Assembly: GCA_028345965.1 (NCBI GenBank)
Contig: JAOMEP010000001.1
Span: forward strand, 1,872 to 65,871
Reading direction: 5' to 3'
DNA from: Candidatus Nitrosopelagicus sp.
Lineage (GTDB): Archaea; Thermoproteota; Nitrososphaeria; Nitrososphaerales; Nitrosopumilaceae
DNA length: 64,000 bases
Positions 1 through 9,891 of this stretch are shown one piece after another. The stretch's first letter is position 1. Every line of letters begins with the position of its first letter. The notes beneath the pieces are model-generated. The model was not told where the DNA came from, did not search any database, and worked only from the letters and a program-made list of their open reading frames with translations. A program made the position numbers and the translations under genes.

Positions 1-954
1 TGCTCCTTCTTTAACAAAACCATCCGCATAAGAACGAAATCCAAAATGTTGAGAATTATGTAAACAAGGATCACATGAAAGTACAGCAAGATTATCAATT
101 TGTTCTAAAGTTTCAAGAAATTTTGCTTGAGAGTCATCAACTATGTAAGAAGTACAGCCAATTGCAGAGTTTTTTGCATCATAACCAATGTATTTTGCAA
201 GTTGTAGTACAGCAAGCATCTGTGTACCACCTGCCAATATTACATGACAATATTTTGATGCAGATGACAACATACCTGCACAAACTGGCATCATCGGATC
301 ACCAAAATTTGCAATTACTTCTAATGGATCATCAGATTTTTTTCGTTTTAATGCATCTGATACAATTTTATTTTTTAAATCTAAAGGATTATTCTGCATG
401 CTAGAGCTTACATTACATTTCAATCCAAATGCTCGCAAAACTGTTAGTGCGGTGGTAGTTCCACCAGGAATACACTCACCAATTACAAGACAATCAGTAT
501 TCTGTGACATGATTTTACCCAGGTTTTTTCCATATTCAATTGCAGATTTTACTTGTTGAATAGACATTGCAGGAGATTCAGAAATATTTTTCCCTGGAAG
601 TATATCAGCATCAAAATAACATAATGATGGAACAACTTTACTTCCAGCGTTTACAACAAAATGTGGAATTTTTGCAGCATTTAATGAAACACGAGTCAAT
701 AGTGCAGGGGTAGGTTTTCCATCAGGAGATATAGGAATTCCAGGTATACAGATGCATTTTCCATATTCAATATATTCAGAATCTGCAGGTGCAGTAAATT
801 TTAGAAATTCCTTGTCAGCACCTGCAATAGTAATTCCAGGAATTTCACAGGTTTCACTATATGATGCAACTAAACCAAAAGTAAATCGTTTTTTTGAAAG
901 ATCTTGAATGATTTTTTTTGCATTGTCCACATCTCCATGGCATGTAATTGACAC
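1..954 (-). CDS. cobT: Nicotinate-nucleotide:dimethylbenzimidazole phosphoribosyltransferase, archaeal CobT/TIGR00303-type (3' end runs off window)
   Basis: Not in the ORF track. Minus frame read from GTG at 954: VSITCHGDVDNAKK...GECIPGGTTTALTVLRAFG...LAGGTQMLAVL...YADGFVKEGA. The GECIPGGTTTA and KEGA motifs are typical of archaeal CobT. Confidence 0.85.
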   Translation of the reverse strand, partial: MSITCHGDVDNAKKIIQDLSKKRFTFGLVASYSETCEIPGITIAGADKEFLKFTAPADSEYIEYGKCICIPGIPISPDGKPTPALLTRVSLNAAKIPHFVVNAGSKVVPSLCYFDADILPGKNISESPAMSIQQVKSAIEYGKNLGKIMSQNTDCLVIGECIPGGTTTALTVLRAFGLKCNVSSSMQNNPLDLKNKIVSDALKRKKSDDPLEVIANFGDPMMPVCAGMLSSASKYCHVILAGGTQMLAVLQLAKYIGYDAKNSAIGCTSYIVDDSQAKFLETLEQIDNLAVLSCDPCLHNSQHFGFRSYADGFVKEGA

Positions 955-955
955 A

Positions 956-1567
956 TTATCCACCCATTCTATCTACAAAAGAATCTTCATTCATCTTTTG
1001 CATTACAGGATTTGTAGTTTTTTCATTTCCAATAGTAGATGTTACAGCCCCACCATAATCATGACCAGGATACAATACAAGATTATCATCCAATGTGTGA
1101 AGTACATCAAATAAACTATGATATAGTTCATTTGCACTACCTCCAGGAAGATCAATTCTTCCACAATTTCCAACAAAGAGAGTATCACCTGAAAATATTT
1201 TTCCATCACCTACAAGACAAATACTATCTTTAGAATGACCAGGTGTATGATACACGACAAGTTCTGAGCATCCAAATTTTATCGAATCACCATTTTTCAC
1301 AGTCATATCATTTTGCAAAGTTGATGCTTCATGTTGTACAATTTTTACACTCAACATTTTTGCTAATTCCTCATTTCCTCTTGTATGATCATCATGCCAA
1401 TGTGTATTTACAATATATTTTGGTTGGAGGTTTTGTTCATCAACTATAGAAATAATTTTGTCTAAATCCCAAGATGGATCAATTACAATTGCTTCGTGTG
1501 TAGATTCATCTTCGACAATATAAGAAAAATTTTGCATTGGTCCTACGGGAATTTGATGGACTATCAC
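956..1567 (-). CDS. MBL-fold metallo-hydrolase (glyoxalase II-like)
   Basis: THWHDDH metal motif, HTPGHS, FSGDTLF, YPGHDY. Confidence 0.9.
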   Translation of the reverse strand: MIVHQIPVGPMQNFSYIVEDESTHEAIVIDPSWDLDKIISIVDEQNLQPKYIVNTHWHDDHTRGNEELAKMLSVKIVQHEASTLQNDMTVKNGDSIKFGCSELVVYHTPGHSKDSICLVGDGKIFSGDTLFVGNCGRIDLPGGSANELYHSLFDVLHTLDDNLVLYPGHDYGGAVTSTIGNEKTTNPVMQKMNEDSFVDRMGG

Positions 1568-2211
1568 AAAACATCTATCTCCGCTTCAGGCGGAATTCCT
1601 ATTTTTTCAGCAAATAAATCTCCAGTCAAATCTTTTCTTTTTGGGATTCCTTGTTTCATTTTATGAAAAGTTACAGTCATATCACATTTAGTGAATAGTG
1701 AAGCAGTTTCACCTGTCTGAGGATCCATTCCAGATGGAACATCAACTGCAAATTTGTAACAATCAGTTTGATTAATGAAATTGATTGCAGATGCATAAGG
1801 TTCTCTTATATCACCTGTAATTCCGGTACCTAGGATTCCATCAATTATAATATCTGGTTTAAAATCAAATTTAGTAGAAGTACCTGTAATTAATTTAACA
1901 GAAGGCATTTTTTCAAGCAATGACCAATTCCAACTGCTTTCTTCAGTTTTAATTTTGTCAGGAGTTCCAAGTAAAATTACAGTTACGTTTGCATTGTGAC
2001 CTGCAAGATGTCTAGCCATAACTTGACCATCGCCACCATTATTTCCCATTCCAACAAAAATTAAAATATTTTTTGAATCTACATTACCAATTTTTTCAAT
2101 TAATCTTCTTACAGCAACAGCTCCTGCATTTTCCATCATAAATTTTTTTAAAAATCCCATATCATGACCTTTATTTTCAATTTGATACATTTGATCTACA
2201 GTTATTTCCAC
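1564..2211 (-). CDS. nnrE: NAD(P)H-hydrate epimerase (YjeF N-terminal domain)
   Basis: MMENAG, GMGNNGGDG, IIDGILGTG, AVDVPSG motifs; likely GTG start at 2211 (track start 2250). Confidence 0.9.
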   Translation of the reverse strand: MEITVDQMYQIENKGHDMGFLKKFMMENAGAVAVRRLIEKIGNVDSKNILIFVGMGNNGGDGQVMARHLAGHNANVTVILLGTPDKIKTEESSWNWSLLEKMPSVKLITGTSTKFDFKPDIIIDGILGTGITGDIREPYASAINFINQTDCYKFAVDVPSGMDPQTGETASLFTKCDMTVTFHKMKQGIPKRKDLTGDLFAEKIGIPPEAEIDVL

Positions 2212-2284
2212 AGAACAACTCGAAATGGTTTCAATAAAGAGGTTTTGCAAACGCCTTTAACTAAGAATAACAGTTTCTGATTCT

Positions 2285-2902
2285 ATGGGATTAAAAAATG
2301 TAAAAATTTCACTTCCACAGATTTCTAAAGAATTAGAAAAAACAAACTCATCAAGAGAATTCTTAATTAAAAATAACCGTGAAGTTATAATAAATTGTAG
2401 TCAAGCAATAATTGCGATTCATAAAAATGACTTAGGTTCAGCGAAAATAAAAATTAAAAAAGCAAAATTAGGTCTTGCCAAATTAAAACAAAAAGCAGTA
2501 GGAGATCTCAGTAGATATATTTTAACACCAGAACAAGAATTAGTTGAAGCGGTTGCATTATTATCAATAATTGAAGGTAAACAAATTCCATCATACAAAT
2601 CAATCAAGGTATCAGGTGAGTCATACATACTTGGTTTACTTGACTGTATTGGAGAATTAAAGAGACAGGTGATTGATCAAATTAGAATAGGTAATTCAAA
2701 AAACGCTGAAAATTATTTTGGAATTATGGAAGAATTGTATTTGATTTTGTATCCATTTGCAACATATGATAAGATCGTTAAAGAATCTAGAAGGAAATTG
2801 GATGTAAATAGAATTTTGGTTGAAGATACAAGACTAGTTCTTACCGAAGAGATCAGAAGACAAGAATTTATTAAAAATATACAAAATAACTCAAAAAAAT
2901 AA
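2285..2902 (+). CDS. Translin/TRAX family RNA-binding protein
   Basis: All-helical; QELVEA and YILGLLDCIGELKR translin signatures. Confidence 0.8.
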   Translation: MGLKNVKISLPQISKELEKTNSSREFLIKNNREVIINCSQAIIAIHKNDLGSAKIKIKKAKLGLAKLKQKAVGDLSRYILTPEQELVEAVALLSIIEGKQIPSYKSIKVSGESYILGLLDCIGELKRQVIDQIRIGNSKNAENYFGIMEELYLILYPFATYDKIVKESRRKLDVNRILVEDTRLVLTEEIRRQEFIKNIQNNSKK

Positions 2903-2906
2903 TCGA

Positions 2907-2991
2907 TGCGGGTAGTGGGATTCGAACCCACGAACTCCTAAGAGACTAACCCCTCAAGCTAGCGCCTTTGACCAGGCTGGGCGATACCCGC
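2907..2991 (-). tRNA. tRNA-Leu(GAG)
   Basis: Minus strand GCGGGTATCGCCCAGCCTGGTCAAAGGCGCTAGCTTGAGGGGTTAG...GGTTCGAATCCCACTACCCGCA; long variable arm, anticodon GAG. Confidence 0.95.
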
Positions 2992-3042
2992 ATAGAAAAA
3001 TCCTTGTAGGGTTTTTATAATCCTTGATTGATTTTTTCAAGT

Positions 3043-3279
3043 GTGTTAGTACCTGTAAGATGTTTTACATGCGGTAAATTAGTTGCCGATAAATATTCAG
3101 ATTATCAGAATAGAATCAAGACCGGAGAAGATCCAAAGAAAGTTCTTGATGATTTAGGTATGGAAAGATATTGCTGTAGACGTATGCTATTAACAACAGT
3201 TGAAACAATTCAACAAGTTATTCCATTTTATGAAGCAATGCATAAGAGAAATCAAGAAGTGCAAAGCGAACTAGAATAA
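3043..3279 (+). CDS. rpoN: DNA-directed RNA polymerase subunit N (Rpo10)
   Basis: PVRCFTCGK and RYCCRRM Zn motifs; likely GTG start at 3043. Confidence 0.95.
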   Translation: MLVPVRCFTCGKLVADKYSDYQNRIKTGEDPKKVLDDLGMERYCCRRMLLTTVETIQQVIPFYEAMHKRNQEVQSELE

Positions 3280-3280
3280 A

Positions 3281-4519
3281 TTGTCAAAGATTACCGCAAT
3301 TTCTGGTAGAGTTCTGTATAACAGTCGAGGCAGTAAAACAATTGAAGTTGATATTACAACTGATGGAAAATATCTTGGAAGAGTTTGTGCACCGTCGGGT
3401 GCCAGTGTAGGTAAATTTGAAGCAGTTAGTTTTCCTAATAACAGTCCAGAAGAAAGTTTATCACTTCTAAATCAAAATTCAGATAAATTTATTGGAATTG
3501 ATTCAAGTGATCTAAAACAAGTACATGATGCAATTCATTCTATAGATGAGACAGATAATTATGCAAAGATTGGGGGAGCATGTGCTTTTGCAATAACAAT
3601 TGCTGCAACAGAATCAGCTGCAAAAGCAGAAAATAAACAATTATTCCAAATGATTAGTGGGGAAAATGATTTAAAATTCCCATTTCCATTAGGAAATATT
3701 CTAGGAGGCGGCGCACATGCAGGACCAGGTACTCCAGATATTCAAGAGATTTTAGTTGCATCTATAGGTGCAAAAACTGTTAGAGAATCAATTGATACCA
3801 ATCTTCAAGTACATAAAGAATTAAAAAAATTAATTCTGAAAAATGATCCAACTTTTACAAATGGACGTGGAGATGAAGGAGGATGGGCACCAAAATTCAA
3901 TAATGAAGAAGCATTAGATATTTCAGTTAAAGCAATTGAGAATTTAGGATTTACACTTGGAAAAGAAGTTGGATTAGGAGTTGATTTTGCATCATCAACA
4001 CAGTGGAATGAAGAAAAGAAAAAATATGTTTATGACCGTGCAGGTTTTGAAAATGATTCAGGTGAACAGATTGAGTTTGCATCAAAGATTATAGAAAATT
4101 ATAAATTAATTTATGCAGAAGATGCAGTACACGAAGAAGCATTTGATGACATGGCAGAAATAACAAAAAAATTCCCTAATTCAATGATTACAGGAGATGA
4201 TCTAACTGTAACAAATAATAAAATTCTTACAAAAGCAGTAGAGGTAAAATCTTGTAATGCTGCAATTCTAAAGGTAAATCAAGCAGGAAGTCTATACGAC
4301 GCATTAGAATTTGCTAAGGTCGCCAGAGAAAATAATATAAAATTAATCACATCACATCGCTCAGGAGAATCTAGCGATTCACATATTTCACACATTGGAA
4401 TTGGAACTGGTTCAAAACTACTCAAAGTTGGAATCGTTGGAGGAGAAAGAGTAGAAAAAGCGAATGAATTGATTCGTATTTCAGAGCATGATTTAATACA
4501 TGGCATGATTGACTTTTAA
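3281..4519 (+). CDS. eno: Enolase
   Basis: NSRG, APSGAS, GDEGG, LKVNQAG, SHRSGES motifs. Confidence 0.95.
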   Translation: MSKITAISGRVLYNSRGSKTIEVDITTDGKYLGRVCAPSGASVGKFEAVSFPNNSPEESLSLLNQNSDKFIGIDSSDLKQVHDAIHSIDETDNYAKIGGACAFAITIAATESAAKAENKQLFQMISGENDLKFPFPLGNILGGGAHAGPGTPDIQEILVASIGAKTVRESIDTNLQVHKELKKLILKNDPTFTNGRGDEGGWAPKFNNEEALDISVKAIENLGFTLGKEVGLGVDFASSTQWNEEKKKYVYDRAGFENDSGEQIEFASKIIENYKLIYAEDAVHEEAFDDMAEITKKFPNSMITGDDLTVTNNKILTKAVEVKSCNAAILKVNQAGSLYDALEFAKVARENNIKLITSHRSGESSDSHISHIGIGTGSKLLKVGIVGGERVEKANELIRISEHDLIHGMIDF

Positions 4520-4527
4520 AAATCGCA

Positions 4528-5145
4528 ATGAGCCAACAAACAGAAACCACTGATCTAAAGAAGAAAGTTCTAGCAACAGGTATTCGTGTTGGAACTGACA
4601 TGAAGACCAAATCAATGCGTCCATTTATCACATCAGCAAGTCCTGAGGGACTTTACATGATAGATATCGATATCACATTAGCCAAAATCAAAAGTGCAGC
4701 AAAATTTGCAACTAGATTTGATATGAAAAAAGTAATCGTATGTTCTGGAAAAGAATATGCAACAACCCCAATTGAGAAATTTGTTGAATTAACAGGAGCA
4801 ACACAAATGCTTAGAAGATTCATGCCAGGAACATTAACAAATCCATCATTACCGTATTTCATAGAACCTCAATTAATCATAGTTTCAGATCCAGAAGTGG
4901 ATGGACAAGCAATTATTGAGGCAACAAATGCAGGTATTCCAGTTATCGGTATTTCAAATACAAATAATATTACATCAAACCTAGATTTGATAATTCCTGG
5001 AAATAACAGAGGACGTAAAGCATTAGCAACAATATACTGGCTACTAGCAAGAGAAATTTTAATTCAAAAAGGTGAACTCAAAGAGGATCAAGACATGAAA
5101 TATGAAATTGACGACTTTGAGACCAAAATAGAAGAAGAATTATAG
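4528..5145 (+). CDS. rps2: 30S ribosomal protein S2
   Basis: RFMPGTLTNP, IIPGNNRG, YWLLAREIL; canonical rpoN-eno-rps2 order. Confidence 0.95.
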   Translation: MSQQTETTDLKKKVLATGIRVGTDMKTKSMRPFITSASPEGLYMIDIDITLAKIKSAAKFATRFDMKKVIVCSGKEYATTPIEKFVELTGATQMLRRFMPGTLTNPSLPYFIEPQLIIVSDPEVDGQAIIEATNAGIPVIGISNTNNITSNLDLIIPGNNRGRKALATIYWLLAREILIQKGELKEDQDMKYEIDDFETKIEEEL

Positions 5146-5167
5146 AAGTTTTCTTCAAAATAACTAT

Positions 5168-6115
5168 TTGACTTCAATAGCTAAAGCTCCTGGGAAAATT
5201 ATTCTTTTTGGAGAACATTTTGTCGTTCATGGAAATAGAGCAATTCTTGGCGCCATTGATAAATATGCAACGGTAACATCTGAGAAAACAAATACAGAAA
5301 ATATTCTAATCTCTTCTTCACTAGGACAAGCATCAATACAAAAAGATCAAGATGTAGATAAAGTTGAAAAAAAATTTAGACCATTTTTTTATATTGCAAA
5401 ACAAGTAATAACAAAAAATAATTTTGATAAAGGAATCAGTATAAAAATTGAATCAGATATTCCAATTGGAGCAGGATTGGGTTCATCATCCGCATGTTGT
5501 GTTGCAGCAGCAGCATCAATTTTAAATTTATTTGATAAATCAGATGAAAAAGAAATATTAGAATTATCTATTCAAGCAGAAAAAACAATATTTACAAATT
5601 CATCGGGAGCAGATTGCACAGTCTCAGTACATGGAGGGATAATTGAGTATCAAAAAAAAGAAGGATTCTCGAAGATAGATATAGAAAATGAATTAAATTT
5701 CTTGATAATTGATTCAGAACAAGTTCATGCAACAGATAAGGTAGTTGAACAAGTAAAAAAATTCAAAGAAGAAAATAGTAATGTATTTTTAGAATTATGT
5801 TCAGAAGAAGAGCGATTAATCACAAAAGCACTTGATAGTATGAAAAATAATGATTTAGAAACTATTGGAAAATGTATGGCACAAAATCAAATGTACTTAG
5901 AACAAATTGGAGTTTCTAATGACACATTACTATCAATAACAAAAGAGATTGAAAAAATAACATTTGGTGCAAAAATTACGGGAGCAGGTGATGGAGGATG
6001 TATTATAGCATTAACAGAAAAAGATAATGATCTTTCAGAATATGTAAACACAACAAAATATCAAACTCATCAAGTATCAATACAAAACACAGGAATGCAG
6101 GTTTTTAACACCTAG
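5168..6115 (+). CDS. mvk: Mevalonate kinase
   Basis: APGKIILFGEH, PIGAGLGSSSA GHMP motif, KITGAGDGG. Confidence 0.95.
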   Translation: MTSIAKAPGKIILFGEHFVVHGNRAILGAIDKYATVTSEKTNTENILISSSLGQASIQKDQDVDKVEKKFRPFFYIAKQVITKNNFDKGISIKIESDIPIGAGLGSSSACCVAAAASILNLFDKSDEKEILELSIQAEKTIFTNSSGADCTVSVHGGIIEYQKKEGFSKIDIENELNFLIIDSEQVHATDKVVEQVKKFKEENSNVFLELCSEEERLITKALDSMKNNDLETIGKCMAQNQMYLEQIGVSNDTLLSITKEIEKITFGAKITGAGDGGCIIALTEKDNDLSEYVNTTKYQTHQVSIQNTGMQVFNT

Positions 6116-6130
6116 GACTAATGTAGAAAT

Positions 6131-6871
6131 ATGATCTTAATCAAACTTGGAGGCTCTATTATAACAAATAAGCAAAAACCACTTTCGCCAAGAAGAAAAA
6201 CCATAGACAAAATCTTGAAAGAAATTGGAAAAATCAAAGAACCTGTAATAATTGTACATGGAGGAGGCTCGTATGGACATTATTGGTCTGTCAAATATGA
6301 TATGCATACAAAACCTGCAAAAACAAGTCCAAAAGGAGTTGCAATTGTTAAAAACTCAATGGTTGAATTAAATAAAATAATTTTAGATAGTGCGCTAAAA
6401 AATAGAATCAATTCGTACTGTTTACCACCAACAGATTTTATGAATGGAAATAAAGCAATCAAGAGTAAAATCCTAACAATAAATGATATTTCAAAATCAG
6501 GATTGACACCTATAACTTTCGGTGATGCGTTATGGTTTGGTCAGAAAAAATCATACATTTTATCAGGAGATGTAATAATGACTACAATTGGAAAGATTCT
6601 AAAACCAAGACTTTCACTTTTTGTACTTGACGTGGATGGAGTTTATTCAGATTTGAAAACAAAGAAATTAATTCACGATTTCAAAAAAGAAAAACCAGAA
6701 ATTAAAAATAACAAGATGGATGTAACTGGAGGAATGACTAGAAAAATTACGGAAGCAAATAACATGGCAAAGGCAGGATTGAAAATATTTTTTGTAAATG
6801 GTAATAAACCAAAAAGAATTACGGATGCGGTTTCAGGAAAGAGATTTGAAGGGACCTTATTTAGGAAATAA
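6131..6871 (+). CDS. ipk: Isopentenyl phosphate kinase
   Basis: IKLGGSIIT, VHGGGSYGH, LSGD, DVTGGM; adjacent to mvk. Confidence 0.9.
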   Translation: MILIKLGGSIITNKQKPLSPRRKTIDKILKEIGKIKEPVIIVHGGGSYGHYWSVKYDMHTKPAKTSPKGVAIVKNSMVELNKIILDSALKNRINSYCLPPTDFMNGNKAIKSKILTINDISKSGLTPITFGDALWFGQKKSYILSGDVIMTTIGKILKPRLSLFVLDVDGVYSDLKTKKLIHDFKKEKPEIKNNKMDVTGGMTRKITEANNMAKAGLKIFFVNGNKPKRITDAVSGKRFEGTLFRK

Positions 6872-6873
6872 TC

Positions 6874-7512
6874 ATGGATGAGTTTGTAATTTTAGTTGAT
6901 GGGAATGACAATCCCATTGGAAAAGAAGAGAAGGTGAAATGTCATTTACCAGATGGAAAACTTCACAGAGCATTTACTGCATTAATTTTTAACAAAGACG
7001 GAAAATTACTACTAACAAAAAGAAGTGATTCAAAAATGTTGTGGCCTGGAGATTGGGACGGAACGGTTGCAAGTCATCCCAGAGAAGGAGAGACATACGT
7101 ATCATCTGCAGAACGTAGAATGCCTGAAGAAATTGGAATTACATGTAAAATGAATTATGTAAACAAGTTTGAATATCATGTTCCATACAAAAATGTAGGT
7201 TCAGAAAATGAGGTTTGTGGAACACTGTTGGGTGTTGTTGATGATTTTGAAGAATCATCATTAATCAAAGATGAAATTTCTGCAATAAAATGGATTTCAC
7301 CTGAGGAATTAAAACAAGAACTCAAAAATAACGTAGACATCTATTGCCCATGGATGGTCATTGCATTATACTATCTTGCAGAATGTGAATCAGAAACAAA
7401 AGAGAAATTTTCTTCAATGATTTCTGATTGGACAAAAGATGAATTAATGCAAAATTATGAAAAAGCAATTAAACATTACATACCTGAGAATAATTGGAGA
7501 TTGGTAAATTGA
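6874..7512 (+). CDS. idi: Isopentenyl-diphosphate delta-isomerase, type 1 (Nudix fold)
   Basis: CH...LHRAF, WPGDWDGTVASHP, ENEVC, CPW. Confidence 0.85.
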   Translation: MDEFVILVDGNDNPIGKEEKVKCHLPDGKLHRAFTALIFNKDGKLLLTKRSDSKMLWPGDWDGTVASHPREGETYVSSAERRMPEEIGITCKMNYVNKFEYHVPYKNVGSENEVCGTLLGVVDDFEESSLIKDEISAIKWISPEELKQELKNNVDIYCPWMVIALYYLAECESETKEKFSSMISDWTKDELMQNYEKAIKHYIPENNWRLVN

Positions 7513-8492
7513 ATCCATCAGAATCAATAAAGAAAAATGCTGTATTTGTAAACAAATTCCTGAAAAAAGAATTGACTGGAGATCCTAAACAACTGTACGA
7601 TGCAGCTGCACATCTCATAATCCATGGTGGTAAAAGATTACGACCATATCTGGTCTTGAAAAGCTGTAAGGTTTTAGGAGGAAAACAAGCAGATGCGATA
7701 GCTGCTGCAAGTTCAGTAGAGATGATTCATAATTTTACACTAGTACATGACGACATTATGGATAATGACGAAATGAGACATGGTGTTCCAACTACTCACA
7801 ATAAATTTGATATGCCGCTAGCAATTTTAGCTGGAGACGTTCTATACTCTAAAGCATACCATACAATCTCATCAAAATCAAAACTTTCTCCAAATCATAC
7901 TACGCAATTAGTTACTAAACTATCAAAAGCATGTGTAGAGATTTGTGAAGGACAAGTTGACGATGTGAAACTTGCAGAAAATAAAAGAATTCCAACTGAA
8001 AAGGAATACATCAAAATGATTGAGAAAAAAACTGCAGTACTTTTTGAGGTATCATGTGCAATGGGTGCAATTTGTGCAAAAAGAAAAGAAAAAGATGTAA
8101 AGAATCTATCAACATTTGGACGTAATCTTGGAATAGCATTTCAGATTACTGATGATTTAATTGGAATTATGGGAGATAGTAAAGTAACAAAAAAACCGGT
8201 AGGAAATGACATTAGAGAAGGTAAAAAATCACTTCCAATTCTACTAGCAATTAGAAAAGCAAGAGGAAATGACAAGAAGAAAATTCTAAAAGTTTTTGGT
8301 AAATCAAAGGCTGCAAAAAAAGATGTTCAAACTGCAGTCAATACAATTCGTTCTTTAGGAATTGAGGAAGAAGTTCGTAAAAAAGCGTTACAGTATGCTA
8401 CAAAGGCAACAAAATCACTTGATAGTTATTCAGGAAATGATAAAAAAGAAATGGTTAGTCTTTTAGATTTTGTTGTAAAAAGAAGCATCTAA
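7509..8492 (+). CDS. Geranylgeranyl diphosphate synthase (polyprenyl synthetase)
   Basis: GGKRLRP, LVHDDIMDND (FARM), FQITDD (SARM), DIREGK; likely TTG start at 7509. Confidence 0.9.
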   Translation: MNPSESIKKNAVFVNKFLKKELTGDPKQLYDAAAHLIIHGGKRLRPYLVLKSCKVLGGKQADAIAAASSVEMIHNFTLVHDDIMDNDEMRHGVPTTHNKFDMPLAILAGDVLYSKAYHTISSKSKLSPNHTTQLVTKLSKACVEICEGQVDDVKLAENKRIPTEKEYIKMIEKKTAVLFEVSCAMGAICAKRKEKDVKNLSTFGRNLGIAFQITDDLIGIMGDSKVTKKPVGNDIREGKKSLPILLAIRKARGNDKKKILKVFGKSKAAKKDVQTAVNTIRSLGIEEEVRKKALQYATKATKSLDSYSGNDKKEMVSLLDFVVKRSI

Positions 8493-8496
8493 TGAA

Positions 8497-8730
8497 TTAG
8501 ATTTCCAAACTTTCAACATCAAGTATGAATTGTTTCACACATTCATTTACTTGAGAAGGGTTATGATCTAACATTTTTTTTTCACATTCGGGACATGTTC
8601 TTGAATTAATAGCAGCAAATGCAACTGGATTCCTTGCTTCTCGGACAAATGTCCATAAACATTTTTCAATTTGACTTTTGTTATGTTCATCCATTTGTTT
8701 ATCACATAATGGACAGGGAGTCTTTATCAT
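8497..8730 (-). CDS. Small protein with two CxxC-x6-H-x7-C repeats (putative Zn-binding)
   Basis: CPLCDKQMDEHNKSQIEKC / CPECEKKMLDHNPSQVNEC internal duplication. Confidence 0.75.
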   Translation of the reverse strand: MIKTPCPLCDKQMDEHNKSQIEKCLWTFVREARNPVAFAAINSRTCPECEKKMLDHNPSQVNECVKQFILDVESLEI

Positions 8731-8808
8731 ACTGCTTTAGGTGAAAAACCAGCTGTTTTAACAATTTCAGTAGACGTGATTAGAAAATAGGAGGAAATTT
8801 TCAGAATT

Positions 8809-9879
8809 CTAGTTATGTTTCAGAAGGAATAAGAAATTGGCATTTGTTCTCATTCGTTTAAAGTCAGAATCTTTTTGAATTTTTTCTATCAAGTGTACCT
8901 GTTTATGGTTATGGTCATGGTCATGGTTATGGTCATGGTCATGGTCATGGTCAAGATCATTTATGAATTGTAACTTCAATAGTTTAGAAATCAGCTCACA
9001 TGTTTGTTTTGCATCATTTTGTCTTGCAGTTGATTTAGACATGTAGTATATTGCATTGATCTCATCTGGATCTTGTTTTAAAACTTGTTTGTAACAAAGT
9101 ATAGCACGTCCATATTTCCCCATAAGATGTAATGAGTATCCTTTGTTGATTAGTACATCAACATTGTTTTTATCACGACTAAGTAGTTTGTTAAAATAGA
9201 TCAATGCTTTGGCGGGCATCTTCAGATTGTTACAGGTAATACCTAGACGAAAAGTTGCATCAAAGTCTGTTGGATCTAATTTTACTACTTGTCTAAAACA
9301 CTCGTATGCTAACTTGTATTTTTCAATTTCTAACAAAGAATTACCAAGATTACTTAGTGAATCAATATCATCTTTTTTCTTGTCAATAGCAGACTCAAAG
9401 TATTTTATTGCCTTTTCATGTTGTTTTTGTCCTGCATACACAATCCCAACATTATTTAAAATTTCAATATCTTTCGGGTCTATTTGTAAGGCACGATTAT
9501 ACACAGATAATGCATCATCATGTCGTCCTAATGCAACAAGGACATTTGCCTTGTTACAAAGTGCTTTAGAACTTTTTGGATTTATTTTCAATGCAATGTC
9601 AAATGTAACTAATGCTTCCTCATGTCGATCCATATCGTACAGTGTTGTTGCTTTATTGTATAATGCATCAAAATCATTTGGATTTTTCTTAAGAAAAATT
9701 TCTAGTTGGTCTATAGACTCATCATATTTTCCAATCTCTGCAAGACATGATGATTTGTTAATGATTGCTACAAGATTATCTGGATCCAATTTTATAATTT
9801 TTTCAAACTGTTGTATTGCTTTTGTAAAATTTTCATTCTCAAAATTTTTCATTGCAAGATCTAAAAGTGAACCATTCAA
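8809..9879 (-). CDS. Tetratricopeptide repeat protein with C-terminal His/Asp tract
   Basis: Repeated 34-aa TPR units (A..L.P.....L.N.G); DHDHDHDHNHDHDHNH near the C-terminus. Confidence 0.9.
   Translation of the reverse strand: MNGSLLDLAMKNFENENFTKAIQQFEKIIKLDPDNLVAIINKSSCLAEIGKYDESIDQLEIFLKKNPNDFDALYNKATTLYDMDRHEEALVTFDIALKINPKSSKALCNKANVLVALGRHDDALSVYNRALQIDPKDIEILNNVGIVYAGQKQHEKAIKYFESAIDKKKDDIDSLSNLGNSLLEIEKYKLAYECFRQVVKLDPTDFDATFRLGITCNNLKMPAKALIYFNKLLSRDKNNVDVLINKGYSLHLMGKYGRAILCYKQVLKQDPDEINAIYYMSKSTARQNDAKQTCELISKLLKLQFINDLDHDHDHDHNHDHDHNHKQVHLIEKIQKDSDFKRMRTNANFLFLLKHN
8905..8952. repeat. Hexanucleotide tandem repeat (ATGGTY)x8 encoding a (D/N)H tract
   Basis: atggtt atggtc atggtc atggtt atggtc atggtc atggtc atggtc read directly. 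Confidence 0.9.
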
Positions 9880-9891
9880 ATTATTTTCATC

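Noticed and set aside
75-404. 109-aa plus-strand ORF
   Set aside because: Antisense shadow of cobT, which has recognisable motifs on the minus strand.
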